DNA of 64,000 nucleotides, taken from assembly GCA_951406725.2 (NCBI GenBank), contig OX597814.1, positions 97,030,001 to 97,094,000 of the forward strand, read 5' to 3'. Positions within the stretch are counted from its first letter, which is position 1, and the number at the start of each line of letters is the position of its first letter. The notes below the pieces were generated by a model. It was not told the DNA's origin. It saw nothing but the letters and a program-made list of their open reading frames with translations, and made no database searches. The stretch is from Octopus vulgaris (lineage: Eukaryota). The translations under genes and the position numbers were made by a program. Of the stretch, positions 25,907 through 38,907 are shown in pieces.

Positions 25907-26474
25907 CAAGAAGGAAATGAAAGCATTTCGAAGTAGTAAAGTGAAATATAAGAACCATTTTGAAACGGGGAAGTAAAACAGACTTGGGGACTTTTAACTC
26001 GTGAATTTTTAAAATTGATATTATATAACAGATCCAGCATTATAATTTTGTGAGAATAACAGTGAAAATACTTAAAAAGGAAAAAAAGGTATTCAAAAAT
26101 CTAAGATACAAAATCAATATTTGCACTCCTATTTACTTTTCATATGTTTAGAAAACAGTGAAAAAAAAAAGTGATCTGTAAAAAGTAGCGCTTATGTTTC
26201 TTCTCAACGAACAAAAATAAATAAAAACAATAAGACATTGTAAAAATTTTTGGACCCCCTAAACAAATTTTGTTCCTGAGCCAGAGCTTGTACCCTCTCA
26301 ACTGGATCAATAGTAACAACAATTACATTCACAAGCAAGTCCTTATAGGGCTTTCCATACAAACCAAGGAGAGAAAAAAGTGGAAACTGTTATTTCACTA
26401 GATATTTATAACATCTTTTAATGGGGTGAGTTGATGGATTATGCTGGTTTGAGTTTGTAGCATACGCTTAGTGA

Positions 26475-26476
<2 letters not shown>

Positions 26477-26536
<60 letters not shown>
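26477..26536. repeat. (CT)n microsatellite
   Basis: About 30 perfect CT units. Confidence 0.95.
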
Positions 26537-26537
<1 letters not shown>

Positions 26538-26539
<2 letters not shown>

Positions 26540-27522
26540 TTATATATAACATAAATATGGACATAGCAGATAACAGCTAACCTTCGGCCATTTGAACCCT
26601 GTTGTTTCCACTACTCTGATTGGTTGGTATTGGCGCAATTTGTCTCTTGCTCTATTACACGCCAATGTGCAACCCAACCAATCGTAGCCTTCTGATAAGG
26701 TCCCATGACACAGTTATCTAAATTCTCCGTTGGAGCCTCCTAGTCACTATAAAAGCTTATCACAACAAACCATATTTCGTCTTTGGTTCTAGACCTTCTA
26801 AGGTCTAACCACTGACCACAGAGCGCACAGTCAGTTCCAGTGACAGACTACACCAGCAACAACATGGAGAAACATCAACAATTCATCTAGCAGCATTCAG
26901 GGACTCCATCTCTGTCACCTCCCTCATCTTAATGATGCCAACAACATCTCTACATACACTGCAACATTTGCTCAGGTTTAACTACTCACTGCTTGTGAAT
27001 TACTTCACCATGGTTAACAGAAAGTACTACCTGCGAGATCTTCCTGTATCAAATAACTGGCACAGCATAGTAGCCACAACTGCTTACACGACAAGTGATT
27101 CAACCAGCTCTGCATTTTAGTCACAACTTCTTGTTATAGAACTTCAACTATTGTGTACCTTACTACGAACTGGTATTTATCTTCATTGTGTCTGAACTTC
27201 TAGCGTCCTGTTATAGATTCTTTCTAGGCTCTGTATTTTATCTCACATGCATACACCCTTGTTTGTACACACATACACATTATGTATGCATGACGGCCTG
27301 TCTATTATTATTATTATTATATATATACTTATGTTGCACACACAGACACACTCTGCTAACACATAAATAAAACCTTTCCCTTAACATTCTACAGTTGTGT
27401 TGTCTTCCTTATCCTTCTGGCAGTTGTACTCATTTATCCATTTTTGCTTTTAATGTAAGTGACTGTGGTGTATTAAAGGAGTCATTCATTCATCACCTCT
27501 CCTTTCGCACGGTCATTTTACA
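26538..27522 (+). mobile_element. LTR-like segment
   Basis: TGT...ACA ends, opposed CCAAT boxes (about 26619 and 26678), TATAAAAG at about 26748, AATAAA at about 27366. TSD not confirmed. Confidence 0.4.
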
Positions 27523-28549
27523 AGTTCCAATTTATGAGTATATATGGATAAAGGAAGAAAGAAAACTAGGAGGATTAAATGCAACAATTTATTCAACCTG
27601 AATAAAGGGTAGACAAACAAACTGTGAACATACATTTACTACAACCTCAATAAATATTTCTAATGGACTGTCAGAGACAGTTAAGTAAATAATGTATAGT
27701 TTGTTTAGATATTCTTATTAGTACAATAGTAAGGAGTTACATATACATAGAATAGGTCAGTAACAGTTAGGTGGTCAGCTACTTCTTGAAGGAGGCCAGT
27801 AAGGTAAAGTACACAGGTAGGTGCTCCTGTTTGGTCAGATATTCTTTTAAGCAGTTTAAGGATAGTTATATAAATAAAGCAGTGGTAGGGGATCCAGTTT
27901 GATAAGACATCTGCAGCAGGAGATGGAATTTAAGTGAAAGTCCATCTCCAAAGACTGGTTTCATTACACTTCCACCCAAATTTTCAACGATAGTCTCCAG
28001 ATGAAATTTGCTACTTTGGTCATCATTTCATCCCAGTTATCCCTTTCAACGGCCTGCATCAAAATGGACTTCAAGTAACTTAATTAACTGAATTAGGGAG
28101 CCTGCTAGAAATAGCAACAAACCACCTTAAAAGCTATGATAACACCTGTACTGGATAATATAGTAGTATACACACGATACCTGAAACAAAAAGTGCTTTT
28201 GATCATTTTTACCTGGGGCCAAACAACCACAGCCACACTTTTGGTCCCGCAATAGATTCCCATCAATAAAAACTTACCTCTCCATGAGCCAAGTTACAAT
28301 AACCACCAGGTTGGTTTTTGCATGTTTCTCTTCATTATTTTGCCCACAAAAACTAACTTTCCTGAAACTCCAATTTGTTTCCTTGCCTGAACTCAAGTAG
28401 GGCATGTCTGAAAACATTCAGTTATCACAATAAAAGCTCCAGATTTAAACAACATATAGAGAAGCAGTGAGAATAAGATGTCAAATGGTTGACTAAATGG
28501 TTGTCATACAAAGAAGCACTACCAAATCTAAAGACGGTGCAAAAGCCAA

Positions 28550-29350
28550 CTGCCCTAGGACATCCCCTACCTGCCGATGGTCAATATCTTGATGGATTTG
28601 AATTGTTCAGAGCCATTCTGAAGGCAGATCCACTCCAGACTTTATAATACATATCACAAGGTGCAACCAGTTTTTCCTAACTTAGAAGATATAAAACTCT
28701 GCTGTGTGTTCATTGATTTTACTCTTGTCAACTTTTCCTTGAAAAAGGACTCTATCTGAAACAGACTTTTCCTCTCCCCATGACAAGTCCACTGTACTTT
28801 TTTTTTTTTTTGTCAATCTTACAAAATAATATCATGAGGTGGATGTTATCCTGAATGACATTGTGGGGAATAATGTGTTTGCTTGTAGAAAGACAAGACC
28901 TAGCTTCATCAGAAATTTCAACCAAATTCTTCCATATTCTTTAATTCTGCTTTTAGCTAAGTTATGGACCTAAAAGTCTTAACAATACTACCTTTGCATT
29001 GCTTCCAGTCTATTGCTAGTTGCAATACACATCAACTAAAATTGCCAAGCAGAATTTGTACAGCTGACTGTTCACTCTGAGAGATTTGCTCTTCATGTAG
29101 TCACCTAGGACTTAGTTTACTGCAGATGCTGTGACATACTTCTTATGCCAATTTGCCACAGATACTGAAGGCCAAGTTAAACTAATAAAATAAGCTGTAA
29201 AAGACTACCAATGCCAACATTCCATCTTTTTCAAGCAATCTGTTAAAGAGCTACCTAAAAGATCTCATACTTAGGATTGTATACCAAACATTGATCTTCA
29301 TCTCATAGCATACAATAAGTCTGTTCTAATATTTCTGATGAATGCGGATC
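28550..29350 (-). mobile_element. Very decayed non-LTR retroelement (possibly R2/NeSL-like)
   Basis: Faint remnants (LTWP, LVEISDEARSCLS, IIKS..DL) in the expected order. Weak. Confidence 0.25.
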
Positions 29351-30409
29351 CAATAAATTGGTTTTGTTGTTTCAAGTTTGCTATTTGAGAGACAAGAAAC
29401 GTAGGCAGTGTAATGCATAAAGGCATCTTTCATTATAAGATGATGGTTCTGCAGGAGTTGAGGTGCTAGCAAAAACCATCCAGTTTGCAGGAATAGATGA
29501 TGTTTTCCATGCATTGTCACCTGTCCCCAGTCTATTGTATTATACAAAAAAAGCAAGCAGCATTTCTGACTTTATTGGTTACTAACCTATCACCTGCAGT
29601 TCCAGAATCTTACAAATGATGGTGATCAATATAGGTTCTTCAGAGCCAGATCCACTGCATACATGCTCCCCTACATTACACAACAGTGGTCTTTCATATT
29701 TGAGAACTTCATGGTAGGACATACTGTTGCTCTTCAGACAGCAAAGCCTTTGAACATATCTGCTAACTGAGCCTCAGTTTGATTGGAAGTTTGTCAGACC
29801 ACTCTGAGAAACTTCATATACTGACAGAACATATACATGCTATCATATATATGAAAGCACATATTGATGGAACACTTACTCTCTGTCTAATTCATATTCT
29901 GTTAACCTTTGTGTAACTCACTTTTGTCATACACTTCCAACTCTTAATGACCTACTCAATTACTCCTAACCAAACTAGCAGCTGATAAACTAAGATGATG
30001 CCATTTTTCAAATCCAGGTGGTTATTATCCACATGTAACAAAACACCTCAAGTTAGACATGCATTTCTTCTCATAACAGAAACCTTCTAAATATTCTCAA
30101 TGGAAATATGGTAACCTAGTCCCTTTCAACAACACCAAAAGAAAGTTACATAAAATAACAACATATAACACAGTGCCTTTCTGACAAGAGAACAGTTCAC
30201 AACAAAACAAACTTTTCAAATGTTAAGCCTTACAATTTGTCATATTTACAAAGCCTTTCCTTTAGAGCCAGAAAGTATTTCAGTGTTAAACAGCTGGTGA
30301 CAATGCATAAGTGTACTTCAAACAAGCATAATATATCAAGTATATAGCAGCTGTTACACAGAAATACTCTACACTGCTTTTTCAAAATAGTCATTTGACT
30401 GATAGGCAA

Positions 30410-30720
30410 AGTTTCATTAAAGTTAATTTGTTATATGGTTTCTTTATTATTATTCTTTGAAATTTTGAAAATAAACTAGGATTAGATACCCTATTATTTT
30501 TTAGTGTAAAAGTTGACCCGTTTTACCTAAGTATTATGAGGATAATTGTTATTAATTATTAATTATTTTTTATTTAGAACTTAAAAGGCTTGGTGGTTTT
30601 ACATATCCAGTTAGAATTTGTTAATTAATTTGATAATCCACATTTTAAACTTACTTTTTTTTTCTGAGATTATATATATAACAGTTTATATATTGCTGTT
30701 GACAGTTAACTCAAAATAAA
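30410..30720 (+). pseudogene. NUMT: mitochondrial 12S rRNA fragment
   Basis: Universal 12S motif AAACTAGGATTAGATACCCTATTAT at 30473-30497, followed in the right order by decayed AACTTAAAAGGCTTGGTGG, TGATAATCCAC and TATATTGCTGT motifs. Confidence 0.85.
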
Positions 30721-30754
30721 TCTTCATAATAATTAATATACTAATTAAAAAAAA

Positions 30755-30955
30755 AAAAACTAAAATAAGTACACATAGCCTCAAGCTCAATAGGGTTTTT
30801 TCATCCCTTTAAACCATTCAAGCCTTCTCACTATGAAAATGAATTTCTAATAAATAAAACAGAGTCTAATTCTCATTAAACCATTCATTCTAGCCCCAAT
30901 TTATAAGGCAAATTATTATGCTACATTAGTACAGTTACAATACTGCAGTTGTTAC
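30755..30955 (-). pseudogene. NUMT: mitochondrial 16S rRNA fragment
   Basis: Minus strand reads CTGCAGTATTGTAACTGTACTAATGTAGCATAATAATTTGCCTTATAAATTGGGGCTAGAATGAATGGTTT...AAAGGGATGAAAAAACCCTATTGAGCTT, the conserved molluscan 16S core. Confidence 0.85.
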
Positions 30956-32014
30956 TAACTTTACCTCATCTTTTATAACTGTAACTGTCCCTATGGTGCT
31001 ATCACAAAAAGTTACCAGGATTCAGCCATGTTTCCTCATTTTTGCCGTTTCACACTCATATTAAACACTTTACTCAAATCTTTTTCTTCAAAACTGCAAA
31101 TTTTTCCATACCTCTTTTTTTTCTTCTTCCAAGCCAAAATGTTCAATTAAATTTTCAAGTTAAACTGCATTAACTTGTCAACTGTGGGAAGACCTATAAA
31201 AGATACAGCCACCCCTCCATCCCTCTCTACATACACATATTGTAACTCAAAATAGATAAAGCTATATATATATATATATATATATAAAGTGCGTAAATAT
31301 TAGGTTAAGATACTCTTGGATAGAAAAAGTGAAAGGCTGCCCATGGAAGTGGAACCCACATCATTTGTAAACATGACAGACATTATACCAAGGCAATTCT
31401 TCAAATATTCAACCATTTTAAAAGCTTTGTTTTTACCAGCAACAGTTCTATGTTTGTCATCATTTCACATCTGCCTTCCATGCATGGGTTGGGCAGTTTG
31501 ACAGGAGCTGCCCAGGTATGGACAGTTTAACAGGAGCTGACCAGGTAGAAGACTACACCAGACTGCTGAGTCAGTTTTGGAATGGATTTTATGGCTGGAT
31601 GCGCCTCCTAAAACCAACCACCCTGCAGAGTGGATTGAATATGCTTTTTACATGGCGCCAGCACAGGTTGTTGATGTCGTAAGAATTTAGAAACTTTGAG
31701 AGACATGAAATAAGTCATTTGGTATTTCACAATTCTTGCTGGTAAGGGCAAAACTAACTAAAATGGATGGAGAAACATGAAGGAGAGCTTTGGGCCAATG
31801 TCTGTCATGTTTTATAGATGTGGGTTTGAATTCCATGAGCAGCCATTGACTTTTACCATTCAAGGGCTTTTTTTAACTTAATATTTACATGCAAATATTT
31901 ATAGCTTCATCTAATTCAAATCAACTTTAAAATGATTTATTTCACATCCCTCAAATTTCTAAATTCTTAAGACATGGCCACAGTCAAATGATGACCGAAA
32001 CACAAGAATATGTA

Positions 32015-34320
32015 CAATCATTATTTAACTTCTGTTTTCCATGTTGGCATGAGCTGGACCATTTGACAGGAGCTGTACCAGGCTCCATTTGTCTGTTCTG
32101 GTATGATTTCTACAGCTGGATGCCCTTCCTAATGCCAACCACTTTAAGGAGTGCACTGGATGCTTTTTACATGACACCAGCACCAGTATCAATTCTGCAG
32201 TGGTGGATGAATCTTCTTGAGAACAACAAAGCACCAGATATCTTGGTCTTTAGTCATTATCTTCATAAGGCTCAGTATCTAGAGATCGGCCTTCAGTACT
32301 TTGTCTTCTATGAGTTCCATTCACTTTCAGTGATTGGCACTTCTGTATGCAACTGTCTTCATACATATGCATCACATGACCAAACCAGCACAGTGTTCTC
32401 TCTTGCACACTGCATCCAATTCCTTTTATGCCTAATCTTTTTTTTCCATACACTTGCCAACAGAGGTAAAAGCTCTCTGAATTTCCTCCATCCTATTCTT
32501 ATTCTAGTGATTACACTTTCCATATATCCTCCCCAACTGGTAATTAGATCTCCTACATAGCAGAAAATATCTACTACAGCTAAAGAGCTTCTGGAGCATT
32601 TGAGAAAATTAATTTCCTGAGTAACTGTAGTTTTAATGGCTCCTGTGCATTTTACAAAACACTACTTTCTCTGATAATCTTTCTATTATTATTCCATTGC
32701 ATCTTTTGTGTATCATCATCATCGTTTAACATCTGTTTTCCATACTGGCATGGGTTGGACAGTTTGACTGAGGTCTGGAGAGCCAGCAGCTGCACCAGTC
32801 TCCAATCTGATTTGGCAATGTTTCTGCAGCTGGATGCCCTTCTTAACACCAACCACTCAGAGTGTAGTGGGTGCTTTTTACATACCACCAGCACAAGAGC
32901 CAGTCAAGTGGCACTGGCCACAGCTATGATATTGGTTTTACTTGACTCAATAGGTCTTCTCAAGCATATCATATCACCCAAAGCATCAGGGGTACTCTTA
33001 ACTGGTTCGGACATGTGTGGCTGTGATCTCACTCTAGTTGTCGGATCTTCTTAATCACAGCATATCTCCAAAAGTCTAGGGCTCCTGTCATTGATTTTGT
33101 GAGGCCCAACATTCGAAGGTCATTCCATGTCTTCCTGGGTCTACTCCTTCCACAGTTAGGGAGTGGCACTTCCTCACACAGCTGTCCTCATCCATACGTA
33201 ACACATGACCATACCCAATTGATGCTTCTTATGCCCAACTGTTCTCTCAGGGTGCTTATGCACACTGACATTACACATCCAGCATATCATACTAACTTCA
33301 TTTTCTTTCAAGCTTACGCATGTCCTTAGCAGTCATGGCCCATGTTTCACTACTGTGTAGCTTGGCAGTTTGCACACATGCATCATTCAGTCTATCTTTC
33401 ATCCTGAGCAAGAGGCCCTTAGTTGCCAGCTGAGGTAGGAGCTTCCTGAACTTTGCCCAGGCTATTCTTATTCTAGCCGCAACCACCCCCACTACAGACT
33501 TGGTCACCTAGATAGTGGAAGCTGTTAATTACTTCTAGTTTCTCCCCGTGGAATGTGATAGAATCCGTTTTCTCTACATCTTAAGTGTTTATTGCGCCTC
33601 TGCATCTGCCACACACAAAAACTATTTTCCCAGTTAACCTTCCTTTCATATTGCTGCACCTTTTGTGTCCGTAGTTTACACTGGGCACATCGTATGGAGT
33701 TTCTACCCATGCCTTTTTTACAGATCAAGCAAGGCCATCTACCTGAAGGGATTTGTGATTTGACAACTTTCCTACTTACTAAGACTTTGGTTTTTGCAAG
33801 GTTAACCCTAAGGCCCTTTGGTTCTAGACCTTGCTCCCACACCCTAAACTTTGTCTATTTCTGGCAGTGACTTGGCTATTAGAGCAAGGTATCAGCATAG
33901 AGGAGTTCCCAGGGGCAGCCAGTCTTGAATTCCTCTGTTATTGCTTGGAAAACTATAATAAATAAGATGGGGGGGGGGGGGGGCAAGAACTGATCCTTAG
34001 TGAACTCCTACTTCTACTTGGAATTCTTCACTATACTTGTTGCCAACTCTCACCTTACTGACAGCATCCCTGTACAGCTCTTACCAACCACTCGTCCAGC
34101 CCCAGTTTCTGCATTGACCACTAGATAAGGGATTGGGGGACCCTGTCAAAGGCTTTCTCCAAGTCAACAAAAGCCAAGTACAGAAGTTTACCTTTGGCTA
34201 GATATTTCTACAGTTGCCTTACCAGAAATATAGCATCATTGGTATTTATGCTTGGCACAAAACCAAGCTGCATCTCATCTAGGCTAACTCTCTCCCAAAT
34301 TAGTTGGGCTAAGCTTCTCT
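32015..34320 (-). mobile_element. Two RTE LINE fragments (about 32015-32650 and 32715-34320)
   Basis: GLRVNLAKTK, RIRIAWAKFRKLLP and HSSETW motifs, homologous to 10425-11858. CATCAT tail at about 32713. Confidence 0.85.
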
Positions 34321-35279
34321 CAGTTTCCATCTACTGAAACCACTCACAAGGCTTTGGTCAGTCCAGGGCTACAGTAGAAGACACTTGCCCAAGGTACGAT
34401 GCAGTGGGACTGAATTCAGAACCATGTAATTGGGAAGCAAGTTTCTTATCACACAGGCATGCCTTTGCCTAACTGTCAAAAAATTGCTATATACATTTCA
34501 TTTTCTAAATAAATAAAGAGAAATTTTGGACTTCATCAACATAATCTTAATCTGTAGCTTTGAAAGAATCATAAAAGGTATGCATTATTAAAAGTTATGA
34601 AGAAATTAGGTGAGAGTGGCATGGGGCACTAAACTATAGTCATGCTTATCTATACTCATAAAGATAGTCCTGCAAATTTCATCTTAAAATTTTCAGAGAT
34701 GTACTTGTCTGGCAAGTGATTTGATCTGAGATTGTGTCTTGAAACTGTCACAGTTACACTGACCTCAATACTCAACTGGTACTTATTTTATCAACCCTGA
34801 AAGGATGAAAGGCAAAGTTGACCTCGGTGGAATTTGAACTCAGGATGTAAAGACAGACAAAATGTCACTAAGCATTTTACCCAGCACAGTAATGATTCTG
34901 TCAGCATGCCAAGTTTTCAATAATAATAGTTATGCACATATTATTGTGATTCATGTGCCTGGTGTACCCTTATCAAATGGGTAGTCATGATGGGTATATT
35001 GTATATCTATATATATTCTTTTATCCTTTTGTATGTTTCAGCCCAAAGGTTGTGGCCATGCTGGAGCACCACCAGTGTAATCACCTTTTCAATGGCTATT
35101 CTTATATGATTGGCTTTATATACAGTTCTTTTTGCAGTAAACCAGTTTCTCTTCTAATTCACACCTTGGAAAAGTTACTTGAACTTACTATTGTCAATTG
35201 CAAAAAAATAGAAATATTAAAAAAAGTCATATTTATCATGTAATAATTTCTCTAAAATGAAAGGATAAAAACGTCAACT

Positions 35280-35285
35280 TTTATT
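35280..35285 (-). terminator. Probable DOP1 polyadenylation signal
   Basis: AATAAA on the minus strand about 660 nt after the stop, followed by a U/GU-rich tract. A second AATAAA lies at 35619-35624. Confidence 0.45.
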
Positions 35286-35943
35286 AATATCACAGTAAAA
35301 TAAAAAAAAATACTCAAACCTAAGAAATGTAAGTACAAGTATTAAAATGTTACAACAAATAATGTTTTAATTTCTAGACAATCTTTTCTAAAAACCTTTT
35401 CTTTAGTTGTATTCAACCAATTTCTTATTTCATGGAATTATAAAACAATGTAGTAATACATTATTCTTATGGAGACACATACATGCATATCTACAGTTGT
35501 AATGATTTACATTTTTGTATATAACAGTTGCAATTTAATAGTTAATGAAATAACAATTATACAAAAATAAATTGCATCAGAAATTAAACAATTTCAATAA
35601 TCTCTGTTTTTACATATTTTTATTAAATTTGATACATATGATCATGCTCATGGTAAAAACACAGCAGAAATAGTTTTAATTTACAGTTTCACCAGATTGT
35701 CAAAGTTCTTATGATAAATGTTTTTATATATCTGTGTTTCTATACTGGCATGTTTTCAACAAAATAAAAAAGAATATTTCTCTGTTGCTTTTTTTTTCAC
35801 ATTATAAATTTTTTTGAGACAAGTCTGGTTGGATACCAATACATTATCCCTAAGAGGAAGGTAACATAAATAAAAACAAGTTACAAACTGAACAAGAACC
35901 CAGTTTGATTTTTCATTTACAATTTGTACTGAATTAAGCATAT

Positions 35944-36282
35944 TTATGATGGAGGGAAAAACTCTAAGAAATCTTTTTTAACATATTCTTCAATGACTTG
36001 TTGGTTGTTTAAAGGACAAAAATTGCTGGAAGGAAGTATTTCAGAGTTTACTGTGGTTCGATAATCAAATTCTGGTGCAGACCGAGATTTAGGAATGAAA
36101 GACCTTGGTGTTAGTAATGTCTCAGAGGGTATCAAAGATGAAGGACTAGTAGATTTTGAACCTTTTGATTCTTGATAAAGAGCATTAAAAAATGGTTGTA
36201 ATTCCATTAGAGATCTAATATGGCTCATATTAAGTAGTGGCTGTCCTTGAACAACTTTTAGGCTTGAGGGTTCCCCTTGTAT
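35944..36282 (-). CDS. DOP1: DOP1/Dopey last coding exon
   Basis: TTTTGACAG acceptor, phase 0. PLLNMSHIRSLMELQPFFNAL and the terminal EEYVKKDFLE are typical of the Dopey C-terminus. TAA stop at 35944. Confidence 0.92.
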   Translation of the reverse strand: MQGEPSSLKVVQGQPLLNMSHIRSLMELQPFFNALYQESKGSKSTSPSSLIPSETLLTPRSFIPKSRSAPEFDYRTTVNSEILPSSNFCPLNNQQVIEEYVKKDFLEFFPPS

Positions 36283-37315
36283 CTGTCAAAAGAAAAGTAG
36301 TTTTGCTTTAAATATAAACACACAATGATTGTTTAAATAGGATCTTTCTTTTATCAATATCACTACAGTTATTTTCTTCTCACTAGTTATTTTCACTACA
36401 GTTATTTACTGCTCAGTTAAAATGTTCTTGTTTCTCAAAATCTTGCTTTACATGTAGCATCAGACCTTATGCAAATCATTCATTCTGAGGACAGCATTCC
36501 TCTTTTTTTTCTTCTTCATATATTTCCACATAATACTAACTTCAAAGTTTTAAAACTCTTACAGACATCATTTTAAGCATCAGTAACTTTCCATTACCAG
36601 AGACTTCTTAAATACTTTGTTCATCCTTTTTGGATAAATGCTTTAAACTTTCTTAACATTAACAGCAATGAAATGTATTTCTTGATTTTAAAGCCAACTG
36701 ATGACAAGTGGGTACATATTGCTAGATAAAGTTTTAAATGTAGAAGTGAAATTACTAAAATGATTTTGGCATCAGAAAGGGCATCCAGCCATAGAAACCA
36801 AGCCAAACCAGATTGGAGCTTGGTACAGCTCTTTGACTCACCAATTCCAAACAAACTGTCTAACACATGCCAGCATGGAAAATGGCCACTAAATTAAGAT
36901 GATGATGATGATGATGACGATAAGCTATTAAACTTGCAAACCATGGTTTGTAAGTTTATATTGCTACATAAACTTTCATACTCTACTTTGTTCAGATTTT
37001 TTAATTGGAGAATAGGTATCTCACTTTCTGCAAAAAGTTACCTACATTGGAATGAAAGGGAAATATCTCTGCCCTCTTTAAGCATTGGCCCAAAGGTTTA
37101 TTGTAGTTTAAATAAAGGAAGGACATTTTGTGGAGATAAAAGAGGTAACAGAATTACAGTTAGCATTTAGATGAATACAATGTAAGTTCAAGTTACTTTA
37201 GAGCCAGATTAACCTATAATTACTCTGGAGTTGTTAGGTTACATTCTGAGTCTATTACAATATCCTCCCATACCAGACACAGACATTAATGAATAATTTG
37301 GAGAGAGTTGCTTAC

Positions 37316-37442
37316 TCGACTGTTGAGGAGTTTACTGATTCGAGTTACATGACAGACAAAACTTTTTATCTTAGGGTTCTGCTTTGGATCTTCGTGATGG
37401 TCATCTTCAATACTAGGTCCACCTGTGAAAGCCCATTTGTAG
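37316..37442 (-). CDS. DOP1: DOP1/Dopey penultimate coding exon
   Basis: CCCTTTCAG acceptor, phase 2-0. YKWAFTGG...FVCHVTRISKLLNSR resembles Dopey YRWAF...F.P.V.RL.KLL. GTAAGC donor. Confidence 0.92.
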
Positions 37443-37657
37443 CTGAAAGGGAAATATCAATAATGAGTGTTTGGCTTACATGTACAACAATAGGAAAATG
37501 TACATGAAATAGAAAACAAAATATAAAAGTGGTTCTTAGTTTCATCACAATTATATAATTAAATATTTACTTTCCTTCATATACTGCAATAAAAAAAAAA
37601 TGTATACAATAACTTCACTGTACACTACAAAGAATTATATACTAGAATACTACTCAC

Positions 37658-37822
37658 AGTTGAAATTGAGGAATAATATCTGCTGGTAGGATTAATGCCA
37701 TGTCAAGCAATTTACACACACTTAGATAGAGCTGAAGCCAAATTGGATTGTTGTGAGCATTCAGACCATTCCCGAGATGAGCCCAGCTTGATTCAAGAGC
37801 AGCTATCCTCTGTAGTTGAGCT
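37658..37822 (-). CDS. DOP1: DOP1/Dopey third-to-last coding exon
   Basis: TTTTTCTGTTAACAG acceptor, phase 2-2. GNGLNAHNNPIWLQLYLSVCKLLDMALILPADIIPQFQL matches the Dopey C-terminal W.NLYLSACKFLDLALALP...LPQFQ motif. GTGAGT donor. Confidence 0.92.
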
Positions 37823-38692
37823 CTGTTAACAGAAAAATGTAACTGTATGTGCTTTGCAAGAAACAGTTCACTCACTTGATAAAAATTTTAATCCAGTTTC
37901 TTTCAAAGTAGATATCATTAGATTTTGCTCAATAATAGTTTTTGATAAATTTCTCCATTTATAAAAATTGGCCCTCACTAAAGTAATTTCAAAGATTACC
38001 TATAATGCTAGCCATAAAAAAATTTTAATTAAAAAATTACATTTTTTAAGGATAAATATTTTAAACAAATTTAAGAGAAACCTAATTTTAAACAATTTTC
38101 CTCTTTATATTACATGCATATATTTTTATTCCTTTTCTGTGTTCAGTTTCTGGAATGAGGCCATGCTAGAGCTTCTTTAAACATTTTCATCAGTTATATT
38201 GGCTATCAGTGCTTAGTCTCTTATTTTAATTTTTCTTGGTTTATCAAATGGCTAAATCTAGTCATAGCATGAAAGCAATATAATACCTAAATACCACAAG
38301 ATATTTTTGATTGCAAAGCAAACTTCTCAACTGTACATTAATGCTCATGTATCTAAATGGATATTTGACTTTGCTTAACTAAAATAAAAAAAAAGGAAAT
38401 TTAAAGCTAGTTTTGCTAATTGTGATAAAAATTATTGTACTTCAATGTTAATTTAAAATACTCTTAATACAAATGTAAACTAACAGTAATCTAGTGTTGT
38501 ATGTGTCACTGATAGAGGAATATATAGATCAATGCAGTAATTACAGAGAAATGCAGGATAAAATATAATTAAAATTAATGTCAGGCAATAAATATTCATA
38601 TAAACATGAATAATTTCTAAGATACAGGTGCTAAGAAAGTGAGAATTCTGCAAAGTTACTTTTCTGTCTAACAGCCATGTGAAAGCTATTAA

Positions 38693-38907
38693 TCCTTTCA
38701 TTACTGTATTTATTTTGAGATGGTCTGTGTTTCTTTTAATTATTTTAAATATAACAAAGAATTTAGTAAAATAACTTAGTTATCATTCAGTTAGTGTTAG
38801 GAACATAAATTGTGACTAAGGTTTGGTGAAAGATTTTAATTCAGAATTTATGAAAGCAAGACCTTTGTACTACAGAGCCAGTTTCAGCCAGGTTGGAAAT
38901 GAAAGGG
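38693..38907. mobile_element. piggyBac-type MITE
   Basis: TTAA|TCCTTTCATT...AATGAAAGGG|TTAA. Confidence 0.65.

Noticed and set aside
30410-30955. Functional rRNA genes
   Set aside because: Short, inverted, CpG-decayed mitochondrial fragments in nuclear context.
33969-33983. Poly-G run as a G-quadruplex element
   Set aside because: Homopolymer expansion inside a decayed RTE RT region.
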